Below are positions 36,632 through 46,974 of a stretch of 57,324 nt of DNA, one piece after another. Source of the stretch: a virus (Duplodnaviria > Caudoviricetes); IMG/VR virus record IMGVR_UViG_3300030329_003739, positions 1 through 57,324 of that record. One strand, given 5' to 3'. Position numbers and translations under genes: made by a program. Within the stretch, counting starts at the first letter, position 1, and every line of letters starts with the position of its first letter. The notes under the pieces are model-generated. The model made no database searches. It was not told the origin of the DNA and was given only the letters and a program-made list of their open reading frames with translations.

Positions 36632-39600
36632 ATGCCTATATTCGATCCTATACCGCTGGATAATGATCGCAGGTATGCGGACCTGCCGATTGAGGAGCAG
36701 CGTGGAATCTTATCAACTCTCGGTCACGGCGCATTAGATACGATTAGCTGGCTTGACGACAATATATTCCAAAAAGCTGCCCGCCCAGTAAAGCAACTGG
36801 GGATGGAGTTCCTAGATCAGGTAGGGTTAGCTCCAGATCATGACTTTCAGTGGAGTGAGATGTTAACTCCGATTCCATATAGCGATACAATGGGCCTTAC
36901 TGACCCTAAAAATATTGTACATGGAAAAGATATTGCAGATGTACTTGTAGGTGACGACCCCGATTCATACTGGGATGATGCCCTTGGTATCGGTATAGAG
37001 GTGGCAGCGGATCCTACAACTTACCTTTCTTTCGGTACATCTGCTCTCGGTGCAGGCGGTAAAGCCCTTAATAAGATGGGGGTTCTTGATGACGTTCTTG
37101 CCTCTGCCGCTAAGAAGAGTGGTCGTAGTCTGTCTACAAAGGCCAGCTTGGTTGATAATCTAGGGGGGCTAAAGCCTCGTCAGACAGGTATGCAGTACAC
37201 AATCGACGATGCGATTGGTGCATACAAGCAGGACATGTCCCAGATTATTAATGACCCAATGCAGTTCGCTCAGTGGGCGGATAACTTTGACAATCAATTC
37301 GTCCATACCGTAGCTCAAGGAACAAAGGGCGGCGTTGATGATCTAAGCAAAGTCTTAAATGAAAACGTACACAATTTATTTAGCACCCCATTCACTGGGC
37401 CAATAGGCTCAGGCAGACTTTCACAGTCAATCGCTGGTGCTGGTGCTCAAGCTAGGGACCTTGCAGGTCGTGGCTTCAGGGCTACTCGCATACCCGACTT
37501 CTTTAGTGCAAGGATTGCACCTAGGATACCAGGCAAAAGCTGGACTGGTAGAGGTATATCCCCCAAGACTAGATGGGGACAGAAGGCATATGAGTCGATG
37601 GTTAAATCGGCTGATAAATTGATGGCCGACAACGAAATGGCCCTGTCGGTCATAGGCCAGAAGTTTGCCGAGCTTGACATTCTTCAAGGTGCAGGGCGAA
37701 CCCAATATGGAATTGAGATCCGCAAGTATCTTGAAGCCCCTGATGCTATCTCAGCCAAACAAACGCTTGCACAGTCTAACCCTCAAATGTTTAACAATCT
37801 TGAGGCAAACAAGATCTTTGAGGACTTGGACTACTTAAAGGATCTACAAAGCAAAACATATCAAATAGCAGAAGAGGCTGGGCTACCAACCGAAATGCTA
37901 AAAGATATGCACACTGAATACTTTCATAGAACTTTTGATCGAAGGTTTACATCAGACAATAGTTTGTTTGATATGGCGAACCAAGCAGCAAAAAGCACAG
38001 ACAGAGGTACTCTTAGCTCTAACCTGCTAGCTCGTAAAGAATCATTGCGAGATATACCCGGTGGTACTGCAGCGTTAATGAAGCTAAGTATAGATCCTAG
38101 GTTCTCTGGTGCAGCTATTAGGGAAGGTGGTCAGGTAGCAAGCAGTAAGGGTAGGTACTATCTAAACCCAACAACTAAAGAGCGACTTATTGATGAGCTG
38201 CTTCTAGACCCTGAATACTCTCAGACTATTGTTAAGCAGTACATGCCTGATGGTACTGGACGCATGGTTGCTGCAACAAAAGAATATCAAAGAGCACAGC
38301 TGGGTGAGCTGCTTGAAACCATAGGTACATTGAATACAAAGTATGCAGACGAAAGCATACCGATGTACAAAGTAGATCCTATTCAAGAGACTAGGGACTA
38401 CATGAACTCAATGGTTAAGGCTATTCAGTCTACCGAGTATATCTATTCAGCAGTTGGTGAGCTTGCTAATACAGCAGCTTACTATGAGAAGCTCAATGTC
38501 CCAGTGCAATCTTTAGTAGATCTGTTAAGATCGCCTGCCTCTTCGGAGTTAGGGCTAGGCCTCGCAAGAGACAATGAGATAACAGACCAGGCATTGCGAC
38601 ATGTGATTGGTGAACTTAATAAAGCTGGCAAGCCAATCAACATACCAGCGGGGGCCACAAAAGAAAATATTATTTCTATCCTGGAAGGCGGTGGCATACC
38701 GACCAATCAGATAGTGATACCTCAAAGTATAGGTGAAGATTTAACCAGAGCCTTCTCTGCCTACACTAACCCCCAAGCATTCTCTCGAAAAGTACATCCT
38801 ATAATTAGGTTGTATGACGCATCAGTTAACTCCTTTAAGACTGGACTGACTAGCCTGTTCATACCTTTCCACTTAAGAAACCATATGAGTGGTGTATGGA
38901 CTAACTATGTGACTGGCATCCTTAGTCCTTGGGGCTACAAAGCTGCTAGTAGCATGAGCAGAAAGAATATAATCGAGGGTGCGTCTGAAATATTCTTTGA
39001 CACTACATCATTCAACTATCCTCCTGAACTTGCACAGTTCATAGTTAACGGGAGAGTGGTTGTCCCTTCTGGTGCAGATGTTAGCTTCCTAAATTTACCT
39101 GCCGGTGCCTCTGCCTCTGATGCAGTTGCTACCCAGATACTTATGCACGAGATACCTGCCTACAAGGTGTGGACAGGTGACATGCACAAGATCGACCTAA
39201 CGGAAAAGCTAGCCGACGAAGACCCAGCCCAGCTATTCTTAAGAGAAGGGCGTGTTGTTCCAGGCTCTACATCCCCAGGCCAGAGGACGGGAGTCGGGCA
39301 GCAGCTTTCTGGTGCATTAGATGACGCATGGGAAACAGCCACCGCCTCGCCAACGGCCAAGTTCGTGACAGCCGCTGATGCTATTGGCCAGATTGCTAGC
39401 TTTGGTACAGCCAGTGCTTTGGGAGGCAGTCCTTTAGGTGCCATACTGGGCCGTGGTGGTGTTGGTGGCAGGAGGGGGTTGAACCAAACAGGCAAGGCCC
39501 GCAATCTAAATGCTAAGCTCAACGAACTTTTAACTGCGCCTGAAACAGATATATCAGGCCTATACAAACTTGGTAATACTGTGGGCTCTGAAGTAGAGTT

Positions 39601-40546
39601 TATGAATCGCGTGTCTGGCTACCTTACAGGCAGAAAGAAAGGGATGGTCCCCCAAGAAGCTGCATCTAAAGTAGCGAGAGCCCAGATAGATTACAGTATG
39701 CTCACTGAGTTTGAACGCATGTACATGAAAAGAATAATTCCTTTTTATTCTTTCACCCGAGGTTCACTACCTGTAATACTTGAGAATATTGTTACTAATC
39801 CAGGTGGGGCTCAGGCCAATCTCCTTCGTGTCTCCGCTGGCATGAGGGATGAGCAAACGCAATATGAAAGCCCTAGGTACATTCGACAAGGATTGAATGT
39901 GCCTCTGCCAGAAGGCGCTCAGCAAGCACTTAGCTACCTAGGCTTAACAAAGAATGTTCCCGGTCACCGACCGTACCTTGATATACCACTGCCTATGCAA
40001 GACGCTATACAGATTGGAAGTAGCCTTGGCAGTACAGACGACTTCTTCCAGATGATGATGAATCGTGCAGCCCCTGCACCCAAAGCAGCGTTTAGGGCAG
40101 CAACCGGCCTAGATCCAAGAACAGGTAGGCCATTGTATTCAGTGGGCGAAACAAGCCATGGTGCTTTAAGTAGCATTCCGGGCATGGGTGCTAGCTATGG
40201 TCGCAAGATGAGAGATGTCAAAAATCCAGATCAGTACCTCAAAGACTACTGGCCAGCGAGAATGCTTGGTGTAAATATTAATGAGATTGATTCTGTAAAG
40301 TCTCGCAATGATGTGTTCAGAGAATACGTTAATGAAGCAATGAAGAATCGCTCTGAACCTAGCGGCTTTGGGGATGTACCTGTCTTCTTACCTACACCAG
40401 GACACTATCTAAATGAAGACAGGCTGCTAGAAATCCCAGGCTATTACGGTAGCCCTCAGCATTTAGAAGACCTGCGTCTTAAGAAGGCAGGCAATGAGCT
40501 ACGTTACTTCCAGGGTGGTGGTATAAACAAGAGTGATTGGCGGTAA
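36632..40546 (+). CDS. large internal virion / DNA ejection protein
   Basis: 1304 aa; LGIGIEVAADPTTYLSFG, PFHLRN and DYS.LT.FER..MKRIIPFYSF motifs seen in podovirus large ejection/polyvalent proteins. Confidence 0.75.
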   Translation: MPIFDPIPLDNDRRYADLPIEEQRGILSTLGHGALDTISWLDDNIFQKAARPVKQLGMEFLDQVGLAPDHDFQWSEMLTPIPYSDTMGLTDPKNIVHGKDIADVLVGDDPDSYWDDALGIGIEVAADPTTYLSFGTSALGAGGKALNKMGVLDDVLASAAKKSGRSLSTKASLVDNLGGLKPRQTGMQYTIDDAIGAYKQDMSQIINDPMQFAQWADNFDNQFVHTVAQGTKGGVDDLSKVLNENVHNLFSTPFTGPIGSGRLSQSIAGAGAQARDLAGRGFRATRIPDFFSARIAPRIPGKSWTGRGISPKTRWGQKAYESMVKSADKLMADNEMALSVIGQKFAELDILQGAGRTQYGIEIRKYLEAPDAISAKQTLAQSNPQMFNNLEANKIFEDLDYLKDLQSKTYQIAEEAGLPTEMLKDMHTEYFHRTFDRRFTSDNSLFDMANQAAKSTDRGTLSSNLLARKESLRDIPGGTAALMKLSIDPRFSGAAIREGGQVASSKGRYYLNPTTKERLIDELLLDPEYSQTIVKQYMPDGTGRMVAATKEYQRAQLGELLETIGTLNTKYADESIPMYKVDPIQETRDYMNSMVKAIQSTEYIYSAVGELANTAAYYEKLNVPVQSLVDLLRSPASSELGLGLARDNEITDQALRHVIGELNKAGKPINIPAGATKENIISILEGGGIPTNQIVIPQSIGEDLTRAFSAYTNPQAFSRKVHPIIRLYDASVNSFKTGLTSLFIPFHLRNHMSGVWTNYVTGILSPWGYKAASSMSRKNIIEGASEIFFDTTSFNYPPELAQFIVNGRVVVPSGADVSFLNLPAGASASDAVATQILMHEIPAYKVWTGDMHKIDLTEKLADEDPAQLFLREGRVVPGSTSPGQRTGVGQQLSGALDDAWETATASPTAKFVTAADAIGQIASFGTASALGGSPLGAILGRGGVGGRRGLNQTGKARNLNAKLNELLTAPETDISGLYKLGNTVGSEVEFMNRVSGYLTGRKKGMVPQEAASKVARAQIDYSMLTEFERMYMKRIIPFYSFTRGSLPVILENIVTNPGGAQANLLRVSAGMRDEQTQYESPRYIRQGLNVPLPEGAQQALSYLGLTKNVPGHRPYLDIPLPMQDAIQIGSSLGSTDDFFQMMMNRAAPAPKAAFRAATGLDPRTGRPLYSVGETSHGALSSIPGMGASYGRKMRDVKNPDQYLKDYWPARMLGVNINEIDSVKSRNDVFREYVNEAMKNRSEPSGFGDVPVFLPTPGHYLNEDRLLEIPGYYGSPQHLEDLRLKKAGNELRYFQGGGINKSDWR

Positions 40547-40548
40547 TG

Positions 40549-41892
40549 CTATAGCCCACTAGATTCTGTTAGGCCATACCCGTCTACCCTTTTAATTGTT
40601 CCCGTCGCGTCTTGGTATATCAGTGTGCCGTCGTAAGTGTTTGATACATGGGTCATGTTGGTTATTGAGTTTGCTTCTGGTAGGGCGGGAGTTGTTAGCC
40701 CCATCCCTTTTACATAAGCGATGTCCCCTGATGAAAGCTGGTAAACTATGATCCCTTCGTAGTTATTAACTATGCTTACCATCTTTGAGATGGGTGCCAA
40801 CGTAATTATTATTGCTGAGTGTACTGCTGTGGCTTCTGACGATCCCGCTGCGGTTGTTATAGAGAACGAGGATAATCTTGGGTCAAGCAGCGCCGCCGCT
40901 GTTGCAGAGCTTCCTGCGGTGGGCGTAAGTGTAAACCCCTTTTGGATGAATAGCCCAGCTAAACCTGTGTCGGCTCCCGCTGCTGCTGGTGTATGTAGTA
41001 TGTATGTGGTTAATGCTCTCGCTACTGCTGATGCGGGATCTGGTGTATTTCCGTCGCTTGGTCTGGTCGCACTGGCTACAGCATTTGCTGATGCAGGAGT
41101 AAAAGTAATTTTTATTTCTCCCAGGGTGGCTTGTGTTTCAGCCGATGCTATAGCGGGGGTGTGTGTCTCCTTTATATTTCCAGTAGCTGCATTTGATACA
41201 GCGGACGCCTGAATTCCCTGTATAGATAAATTAAACCCCGGCCCTGCAGCATTAGCGACGGCAATGGCTGCATTAGGCGTAAAGGATACTCCAAGCGTAT
41301 AGGTTATTACTAGCTTGGGGGCGTTAGAGCTGCCTGAGTTATAGCTCTTCCATTGAAGCATCCAGTTGGTATCAGAATTATGGCTGTTACCCTTAAGAAA
41401 GAACTGCATGTCATTGTCTGCAGCCCATCCAGCACGGTTCACTATTTCTTGAATAATAGTTTTTAATTCTGGAGTGTCGTAGTATGTTCCCGCAGAATAG
41501 GATCCGTAAGTCCATGTAACAGAGGCATCTGTTCTAGCCTTGCCTTGAAAGTCTGAGATGCTTGTAGGCTGAGCCGCATCATCTACATTCTCCCCCTGTA
41601 TTAGTACGCTATTGCCAGTTCCGTTAGTTGTGGAATGGAATTTGAATTGCAGCTTGGCTGAATCTATCGTTGCTCCCTGTGGGATGTCTACTGTCTGAAA
41701 GCGGGCGTATGCAGTTCGCCTTCTTTCGTGCGTATCAAGACCACCCATACCCGCTTCATCGGTAGCTACACCAGTTCTGATTCTCGCATGAGTCTTATCT
41801 AATTCTCCCGAATCATATTCTCCATACCAGATCTCTTCTCTCAGCGTTCCGTCATCATTACCTGTTACTACTACTTCATTAACAGTAGGCAT
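40549..41892 (-). CDS. virion structural/fibre protein with N-terminal DNRLRE/CBM96-like beta domain
   Basis: ARFQTVDIPQGATIDSAKLQF...PKLVITY motif, then Ala/Thr-rich TPAxA repeats; GGAG RBS before ATG 41892. Confidence 0.7.
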   Translation of the reverse strand: MPTVNEVVVTGNDDGTLREEIWYGEYDSGELDKTHARIRTGVATDEAGMGGLDTHERRRTAYARFQTVDIPQGATIDSAKLQFKFHSTTNGTGNSVLIQGENVDDAAQPTSISDFQGKARTDASVTWTYGSYSAGTYYDTPELKTIIQEIVNRAGWAADNDMQFFLKGNSHNSDTNWMLQWKSYNSGSSNAPKLVITYTLGVSFTPNAAIAVANAAGPGFNLSIQGIQASAVSNAATGNIKETHTPAIASAETQATLGEIKITFTPASANAVASATRPSDGNTPDPASAVARALTTYILHTPAAAGADTGLAGLFIQKGFTLTPTAGSSATAAALLDPRLSSFSITTAAGSSEATAVHSAIIITLAPISKMVSIVNNYEGIIVYQLSSGDIAYVKGMGLTTPALPEANSITNMTHVSNTYDGTLIYQDATGTIKRVDGYGLTESSGL

Positions 41893-41906
41893 CGACAAAC
41901 TCCAAT

Positions 41907-41939
41907 AAAAAAGGGCAGAGAGCGTAGGCTCCCCGCCCT
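41907..41939 (-). terminator. intrinsic terminator between two leftward structural genes
   Basis: Minus strand AGGGCGGGGAGC-ctac-GCTCTCTGCCCT followed by a T-run. Confidence 0.8.
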
Positions 41940-41960
41940 ATTGTTTAGTAACAGACTAGA

Positions 41961-42398
41961 TTAACTGTCTGTTAAATTGATTTCCAAGTCTTGTAATGTT
42001 AAGGTTTGCCCGGCACTTACACTCTTGGTGCCACCGAAATCCCAATAAGCAAATATCTTTCGACTATTAGCTGTGCTATTTTGGTCTGTAAGAACAGCTC
42101 CGGTTGCATTGGTTATAGCACCCGCAAAATCTAAATCTTTTATTTGTATCCAGGCTTTGTCGGTACTACCGTCAGTGTGGCTTAACACATTAAATCCCGA
42201 TCCATCTCGTGTTACAGTAGCAGTTTTGCCTGCAACAACATCGCCGGATATTTCGCTGTAGTTATCTAAGTCTTCAGGGTTAGTTGGCACTGATCCAGTT
42301 AGAAGTTCTACATTGAAATCAGTTCCCTCTACCGCCCCTGCTTGGAAGGCCAGCTTCAGGATTTCTTCTTTCCCTCGGTTGGTTACTTTACTAGCCAT
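41961..42398 (-). CDS. small virion structural protein (fibre/base-associated)
   Basis: MASKVTNRGK...AYWDFGG..SVSAGQTLT pattern common in phage minor structural proteins. Confidence 0.65.
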   Translation of the reverse strand: MASKVTNRGKEEILKLAFQAGAVEGTDFNVELLTGSVPTNPEDLDNYSEISGDVVAGKTATVTRDGSGFNVLSHTDGSTDKAWIQIKDLDFAGAITNATGAVLTDQNSTANSRKIFAYWDFGGTKSVSAGQTLTLQDLEINLTDS

Positions 42399-42412
42399 CT
42401 ATATCTTTCCTA

Positions 42413-42435
42413 TAAGATGCCAAAATGTCGTGTTA
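42413..42435. promoter_or_regulatory. 23-bp palindromic site, copy 4 (degenerate)
   Basis: TAAgATGCCAaaaTGTCGTgTTA, directly downstream of a minus-strand TATAAT (42438-42443). Confidence 0.7.
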
Positions 42436-42440
42436 GTATA

Positions 42441-42812
42441 TTATACAGTCTCTATCTCTTTTATTTCTACCTCAAGGCAGCCAGGCTTCATGACTTCTCC
42501 ACGCAGTACATGGAGGTCATCTATCTGCTCATCGTCCCCGAATACACCAGCATATCCTAGTGCATCTAACGCCGCTTTGTTTATATTGTCTATGTCTCTA
42601 CGCCTGCGGTCAGGCATAGTAGCTGTTATCTTTACTTTAAGTCTGCCAAGTAGTGGTCTAGGATCTTCCACGCTATCAGATTCAAAAGCACTGTTAATAG
42701 CAGTATAGACAGCATCACGGTACTCACGGCCTCTCCTTGATATAATAACCCTTCCCTTAACTGCACGCCAATAGGTATTAACGCTGGGCGGATACGGTAT
42801 TATTATGACCAC
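42441..42812 (-). CDS. rusA: RusA family Holliday junction resolvase
   Basis: PYPPSVNTYWR, PDRRRRDIDNINKAALDAL, DDEQI. Confidence 0.93.
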   Translation of the reverse strand: MVIIIPYPPSVNTYWRAVKGRVIISRRGREYRDAVYTAINSAFESDSVEDPRPLLGRLKVKITATMPDRRRRDIDNINKAALDALGYAGVFGDDEQIDDLHVLRGEVMKPGCLEVEIKEIETV

Positions 42813-43212
42813 AGTTCCCCTCCATTACCAGTTTGTATACATACTCCATAACCTCGTCTTCCGTGACTCGGCTAGGAGCCCGTAGTTCAGGATCTTTAAT
42901 CCTTAACCACGACTCAAGATTGTAGTGAAGTATATCATGGATGTACTTGTATGCAAGCTGCTTAGCATGAGGCATAGCAGCAAGGTCATCCATATGACAC
43001 TTCTTGCAGGCCCTAAAATAATTTTCTTCTTTAGCCCAGGCGTGGTGTGGTGCCTGGCTTTTCCTCTCCATCTCATGAGTCTCCAGCGGAAACCCAGCAT
43101 GATGTGTGGCACCGCACACCCAACACTGCCGCCTGTTATCTGCCCAACTCTGTCGCCTATTTAGCAAATGTTTAATTTCAGATGCTGTCTTCTTCATCCT
43201 TACCCCATCCAT
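42778..43212 (-). CDS. HNH/NinG-like zinc-binding protein
   Basis: CWVCG...ETHE...N...CKKCH. Confidence 0.6.
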   Translation of the reverse strand: MDGVRMKKTASEIKHLLNRRQSWADNRRQCWVCGATHHAGFPLETHEMERKSQAPHHAWAKEENYFRACKKCHMDDLAAMPHAKQLAYKYIHDILHYNLESWLRIKDPELRAPSRVTEDEVMEYVYKLVMEGNCGHNNTVSAQR

Positions 43213-44377
43213 TTGTCAGCAGGTTCATTGCATTGCCGCCTATAAAATTCTTTATTGTTATGTCGTCGTACCCCATGTCTAGCAGGTGCTTGGCAAGTAA
43301 TGGGAAGTCAGATGCTGTTGTCATCTCATCAGGTGGATCTGTGAAGCCATCGAAGTCTGAGCCTATAGCAGGTACGTCTGCCCCTGCTACATTGACCATA
43401 TGATTAAGCGTCTGCTCTATGTACTTGAGGCCATTGCCTTCATGGTGGTGAGGTGTTAGCCAGTAGTTCATAAAGATAATGCCAGCACAACACCCTCTGT
43501 CGGCCATCCACTTTAGCTCCCAGTCTTGCAGGTTATATGAAAGTCTATGCACTTCGCTAGCTCCGACGTGGCTTGCCATTAAAGCGTGGTCTTTGTCGTG
43601 AGCATCCACTATATCGTACACTTCTTTTCGTCCTCTCAGTGTCATGTGGGTCACATCTATAATCATGCCCAGCTCTAGCATCACTTCGACAATCTCTACC
43701 CCCGTTTGAGTTAGCCCGCCGGACTCCTCCCAACTAGCAGCCAGGGAGTGAAAGTTTTTTATATTTTTTTTCTCGGGCTCAGGGTAAGGAAACACGCACG
43801 ACTCCACCGCTGGATTGGGATAGAAATGGGCAAGAGTTAGATAGGCACAGCCCTTTGCCCACAACTGGCGAAGGTTAGAAATAATTTCTTTTTGATCTCC
43901 TGGCCCGCCATCACCTATCAGTGAGTGTGCCCCTTCAACCGAATGAACTATGCAACTCTCGCCATAATTAACTTTACTAACTAGGTGATGTTTATCTCTA
44001 GCTATACACACACCATCGTGTTGATTCACGCTGTCTTCTAGATGTTGCATCATGTCCAGCGTGACTTGGAAGTAGGTAGGATCAAGAATCTTTTTCCTGA
44101 ACTTTGGAGATAGCTTAGAAAAAAATTTTATTAAAGGCACATCATCAAGCCACTCGCGTTCGAGTACATAAGTGGTGGCCAATGATACATCTATGTGATC
44201 CTTAAGATCGTCGAGAGATACACGGTGACTAAAGGGCCAGAACGTGTACTTAAACAGGCGAGAAAGAAATTTCTTTTTGTTCATGCTCCGGGAGAACATG
44301 TAGCTTTTTAGGTGTGGGTGTGTATGCAGATCGACAGACACACCATTATAAAACTCATTAATGCTTTCAATAATCAT
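43178..44377 (-). CDS. membrane/renal dipeptidase family (peptidase M19) amidohydrolase
   Basis: DLHTH, SVEGAH, YLTLAH, GLT..G...V..M..LGMIIDVTH, ASH, IGSDFDG, GGNAM. Confidence 0.9.
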   Translation of the reverse strand: MIIESINEFYNGVSVDLHTHPHLKSYMFSRSMNKKKFLSRLFKYTFWPFSHRVSLDDLKDHIDVSLATTYVLEREWLDDVPLIKFFSKLSPKFRKKILDPTYFQVTLDMMQHLEDSVNQHDGVCIARDKHHLVSKVNYGESCIVHSVEGAHSLIGDGGPGDQKEIISNLRQLWAKGCAYLTLAHFYPNPAVESCVFPYPEPEKKNIKNFHSLAASWEESGGLTQTGVEIVEVMLELGMIIDVTHMTLRGRKEVYDIVDAHDKDHALMASHVGASEVHRLSYNLQDWELKWMADRGCCAGIIFMNYWLTPHHHEGNGLKYIEQTLNHMVNVAGADVPAIGSDFDGFTDPPDEMTTASDFPLLAKHLLDMGYDDITIKNFIGGNAMNLLTNGWGKDEEDSI

Positions 44378-45987
44378 CGTTTACTTAATTCCTTTTTAAT
44401 AGCAGAGCGAAGCCAAGCTACAGAGATGAAAGGTTTACCAGCCATGCACGACTCAAGGTACCAAGTCGGAACGTCTTCGACTAACGTTCCACGGAACTTG
44501 CCGAACAGCATACGCGCACCCTGCTTCTTCTTGCGAACATTGCCCTGAGCATTCTTACCGAAAGGATCAATATCAAGAGTATGGTACTGGGCGTTCGCTT
44601 CGATCTGCCTACGCCTCTCACGTTCCTCCTTTTCCCTTTCTTCTCGCACTTGTCGCTGTGCTTCGAGCATTGCTTCGTCTAGCTCGACAGCCTGGCCAGC
44701 TTCTAAAATATTTTCTTTTGCTTTCCCCAGGACATCCAGCCCCATGTCGCCAAGCATTATATCAGCCGAGGTCACTATCTTGTGAGCAAGTGACGAATCA
44801 ACTAGGTCAATCATTCTAAAGTGCGGCTTACTAGAATCCTTTATCGCCTCGCGTCTGGACTCAGGGCAACTGCCGTCAAAATCGACCACACCAGGCAGAG
44901 GCCTAGTACCCCTGCCAAATATCTGTGTGTAGAGAGCACGGCTTCTTGTTGGTCTAGCCATGACAATGTTTCGTAAGTCAGGATAATCCCAGCCAGTAGT
45001 AAGAATGCCGACATTACAAACGTGCGTGATACCCCCAGTATCTTCCTGAAAAGAACGCATGACTTCCCGTCTGTGTTCAGGTGTGCATCGCCTTTGGTCT
45101 GATGCGATCCAGTCTGCTTTGATTCCATAGTTATCTACCAGCCTTTCAGCAACTAGCTTGGCTTCCTCTATACTGCTGCAATAGATTACAGTCTTCTCGC
45201 CTTCAGTTTCTTTTGCAGTAATGTCGGCTATCTCCATTACTGTCTCAGATTTTTCAAGCAGCGCATTCAGTTGTGTCTGCCTGAAGTCCCTGCCATGTAT
45301 TGTGTTAGAAGTCTCCACGCCAGAGAGGTCGAGGGACTCAAGCTGTACGCAGTGGGTAATTGCAGGTGTGAGCCAGCCTTCACCCACCGCATCTCTAATA
45401 CCGTACTGATAGACGCACTCTTCATAGCAGTTAAGCATGGCCTTCTTGTCGTGTCGCTTAGCCGTAGCTGTAACTCCAAGGACTTTGGCTCCGTCCCTTC
45501 GATAGTAATCAAGTAACTCTTTCCATTTAGGTGTAATAGAAAGATGGGCCTCGTCCACCACAACAAGCCCAACGTCCCTAATCCTTTCATATCTAGGCGG
45601 GTCGCCAGAAGATAGAGTATCTTTTGATGCGACGACATATTTACTACGTCCCCATGGTGTTTCGATTGACCAGTTCTTTGCCTGTTCTACACCAGGCTGC
45701 TCGCCAGTTCTTAAGAATATTTTCTTTGCAGCCTGCGATATTAGCTGGATGTAAGGGGCGATGACTAAGCACCGCCCCTTACTCCAGTCCTTGGCGACTT
45801 GGGTGAATATCTCTGTCTTGCCTAGACCTGTAGCTAGTTCAACCAGTATAGAATCATGATCTTCAAAACCCTTTTCTATTGCAAGCCTAGCTTCAGATTG
45901 ATAAGGTCTCTCACAAAAATAATTTAATTGTCCTGGCTTTCCTTGGCGGCGCGGCTCAGGAACCCTGTCCCATAACAACTGTTGCAT
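44374..45987 (-). CDS. SF2 DEAH helicase with C-terminal FGK(F/Y)xG domain
   Basis: RPYQ, ATGLGKT, DEAH, TAT, TTGWD, QIFGRGTR; MLFGKFRGTLVEDVPTWYL tail. Confidence 0.93.
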   Translation of the reverse strand: MQQLLWDRVPEPRRQGKPGQLNYFCERPYQSEARLAIEKGFEDHDSILVELATGLGKTEIFTQVAKDWSKGRCLVIAPYIQLISQAAKKIFLRTGEQPGVEQAKNWSIETPWGRSKYVVASKDTLSSGDPPRYERIRDVGLVVVDEAHLSITPKWKELLDYYRRDGAKVLGVTATAKRHDKKAMLNCYEECVYQYGIRDAVGEGWLTPAITHCVQLESLDLSGVETSNTIHGRDFRQTQLNALLEKSETVMEIADITAKETEGEKTVIYCSSIEEAKLVAERLVDNYGIKADWIASDQRRCTPEHRREVMRSFQEDTGGITHVCNVGILTTGWDYPDLRNIVMARPTRSRALYTQIFGRGTRPLPGVVDFDGSCPESRREAIKDSSKPHFRMIDLVDSSLAHKIVTSADIMLGDMGLDVLGKAKENILEAGQAVELDEAMLEAQRQVREEREKEERERRRQIEANAQYHTLDIDPFGKNAQGNVRKKKQGARMLFGKFRGTLVEDVPTWYLESCMAGKPFISVAWLRSAIKKELSKR

Positions 45988-46796
45988 CCTTCTCCTCCGC
46001 AGTCAATACAAGCAGCAACAGGTTCACACTGACTGATGCTGTCGATGACTTCATCTAGGTTATTCTTTATTCGGGTAAACTTACTGGCAACATACTTACC
46101 TTCCGTTGGATTGTAAGAGATCTCTTCCATCTTTTTCCTGATGGCTCTTAGTTGTCGTGTCGAATTTTTATATGGCTCAGCCAGTTCGGTAATCCAAGCG
46201 TCGATGTCTTCATATTCAATTCCCTTTCCTTCTTGTATAGATTTAGCTGCCTTCTTTTGATCTCGCTTGTCCATCTTGGCAAGCTCTTTAATTTCTTTTG
46301 TTGTTGCCTTAACATCGCCCTTTAATACAGATGCCTTTACTTCGGGTTCAAGCTGGTCAATGTCTTTAGCTAAGGACACATCACGCTGCAGTGTCCTTAC
46401 ACTAACCCCTTCTTCGATTGCCAGCTCAGGTAGACTTGTTCCTTCTTCTGATTTGCCTTGAGGTTTTGCTCGTCCAGCAATCCTTTGCCCACGAAGATAT
46501 TTAATTTCCATAGGCATAAGGTTTCTTCGACCTGCCTGCTTATCTACTATCCATTGTTTAGCTTCTTCTCGACTATCAAACTCAAGATCAAGAGTAGTAT
46601 AGTCATAGCCACCATGCGTACAGATCCCGTAACGATGATGACCGTCGATAATAGTATTATCCCAAAGGACGATAGGGTCATAAGCCATTCCCAGTGTTCT
46701 AATTGACTCTTCAAGGCTGTCATATTCCTCGCTGTTTAATGGACGAAGTAAGTCTTTGAACTCTTCATCAATCGAAATGTTTATCTGTTCCGCCAT
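45924..46796 (-). CDS. ParB-like protein with HTH and C-terminal CxxCxGxG zinc motif
   Basis: LEESI...PIVLWDNTIIDGHHR...GRRNL; LAIEEGVSVRTLQRD HTH; CIDCGGEGCNSCYGTG. Confidence 0.85.
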   Translation of the reverse strand: MAEQINISIDEEFKDLLRPLNSEEYDSLEESIRTLGMAYDPIVLWDNTIIDGHHRYGICTHGGYDYTTLDLEFDSREEAKQWIVDKQAGRRNLMPMEIKYLRGQRIAGRAKPQGKSEEGTSLPELAIEEGVSVRTLQRDVSLAKDIDQLEPEVKASVLKGDVKATTKEIKELAKMDKRDQKKAAKSIQEGKGIEYEDIDAWITELAEPYKNSTRQLRAIRKKMEEISYNPTEGKYVASKFTRIKNNLDEVIDSISQCEPVAACIDCGGEGCNSCYGTGFLSRAAKESQDN

Positions 46797-46974
46797 GGGA
46801 CTCCAGCTCCTCTTGTCTTGAAACGTATAGTTGTCTAATAATATTTTTTGTTTTGTCCCCCAGGTTCATGGCTTTGATTGCCTGCCCTGAATCCCGCAGC
46901 TCTTCCAAGCTACGAGATTCATAAAGGGCCTGCGATATAACATGAACCTGTAAGATGTTAATGAAGTCACTCAT
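46768..46974 (-). CDS. hypothetical protein
   Basis: Overlapping packing with neighbours. Confidence 0.6.
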   Translation of the reverse strand: MSDFINILQVHVISQALYESRSLEELRDSGQAIKAMNLGDKTKNIIRQLYVSRQEELESHGGTDKHFD

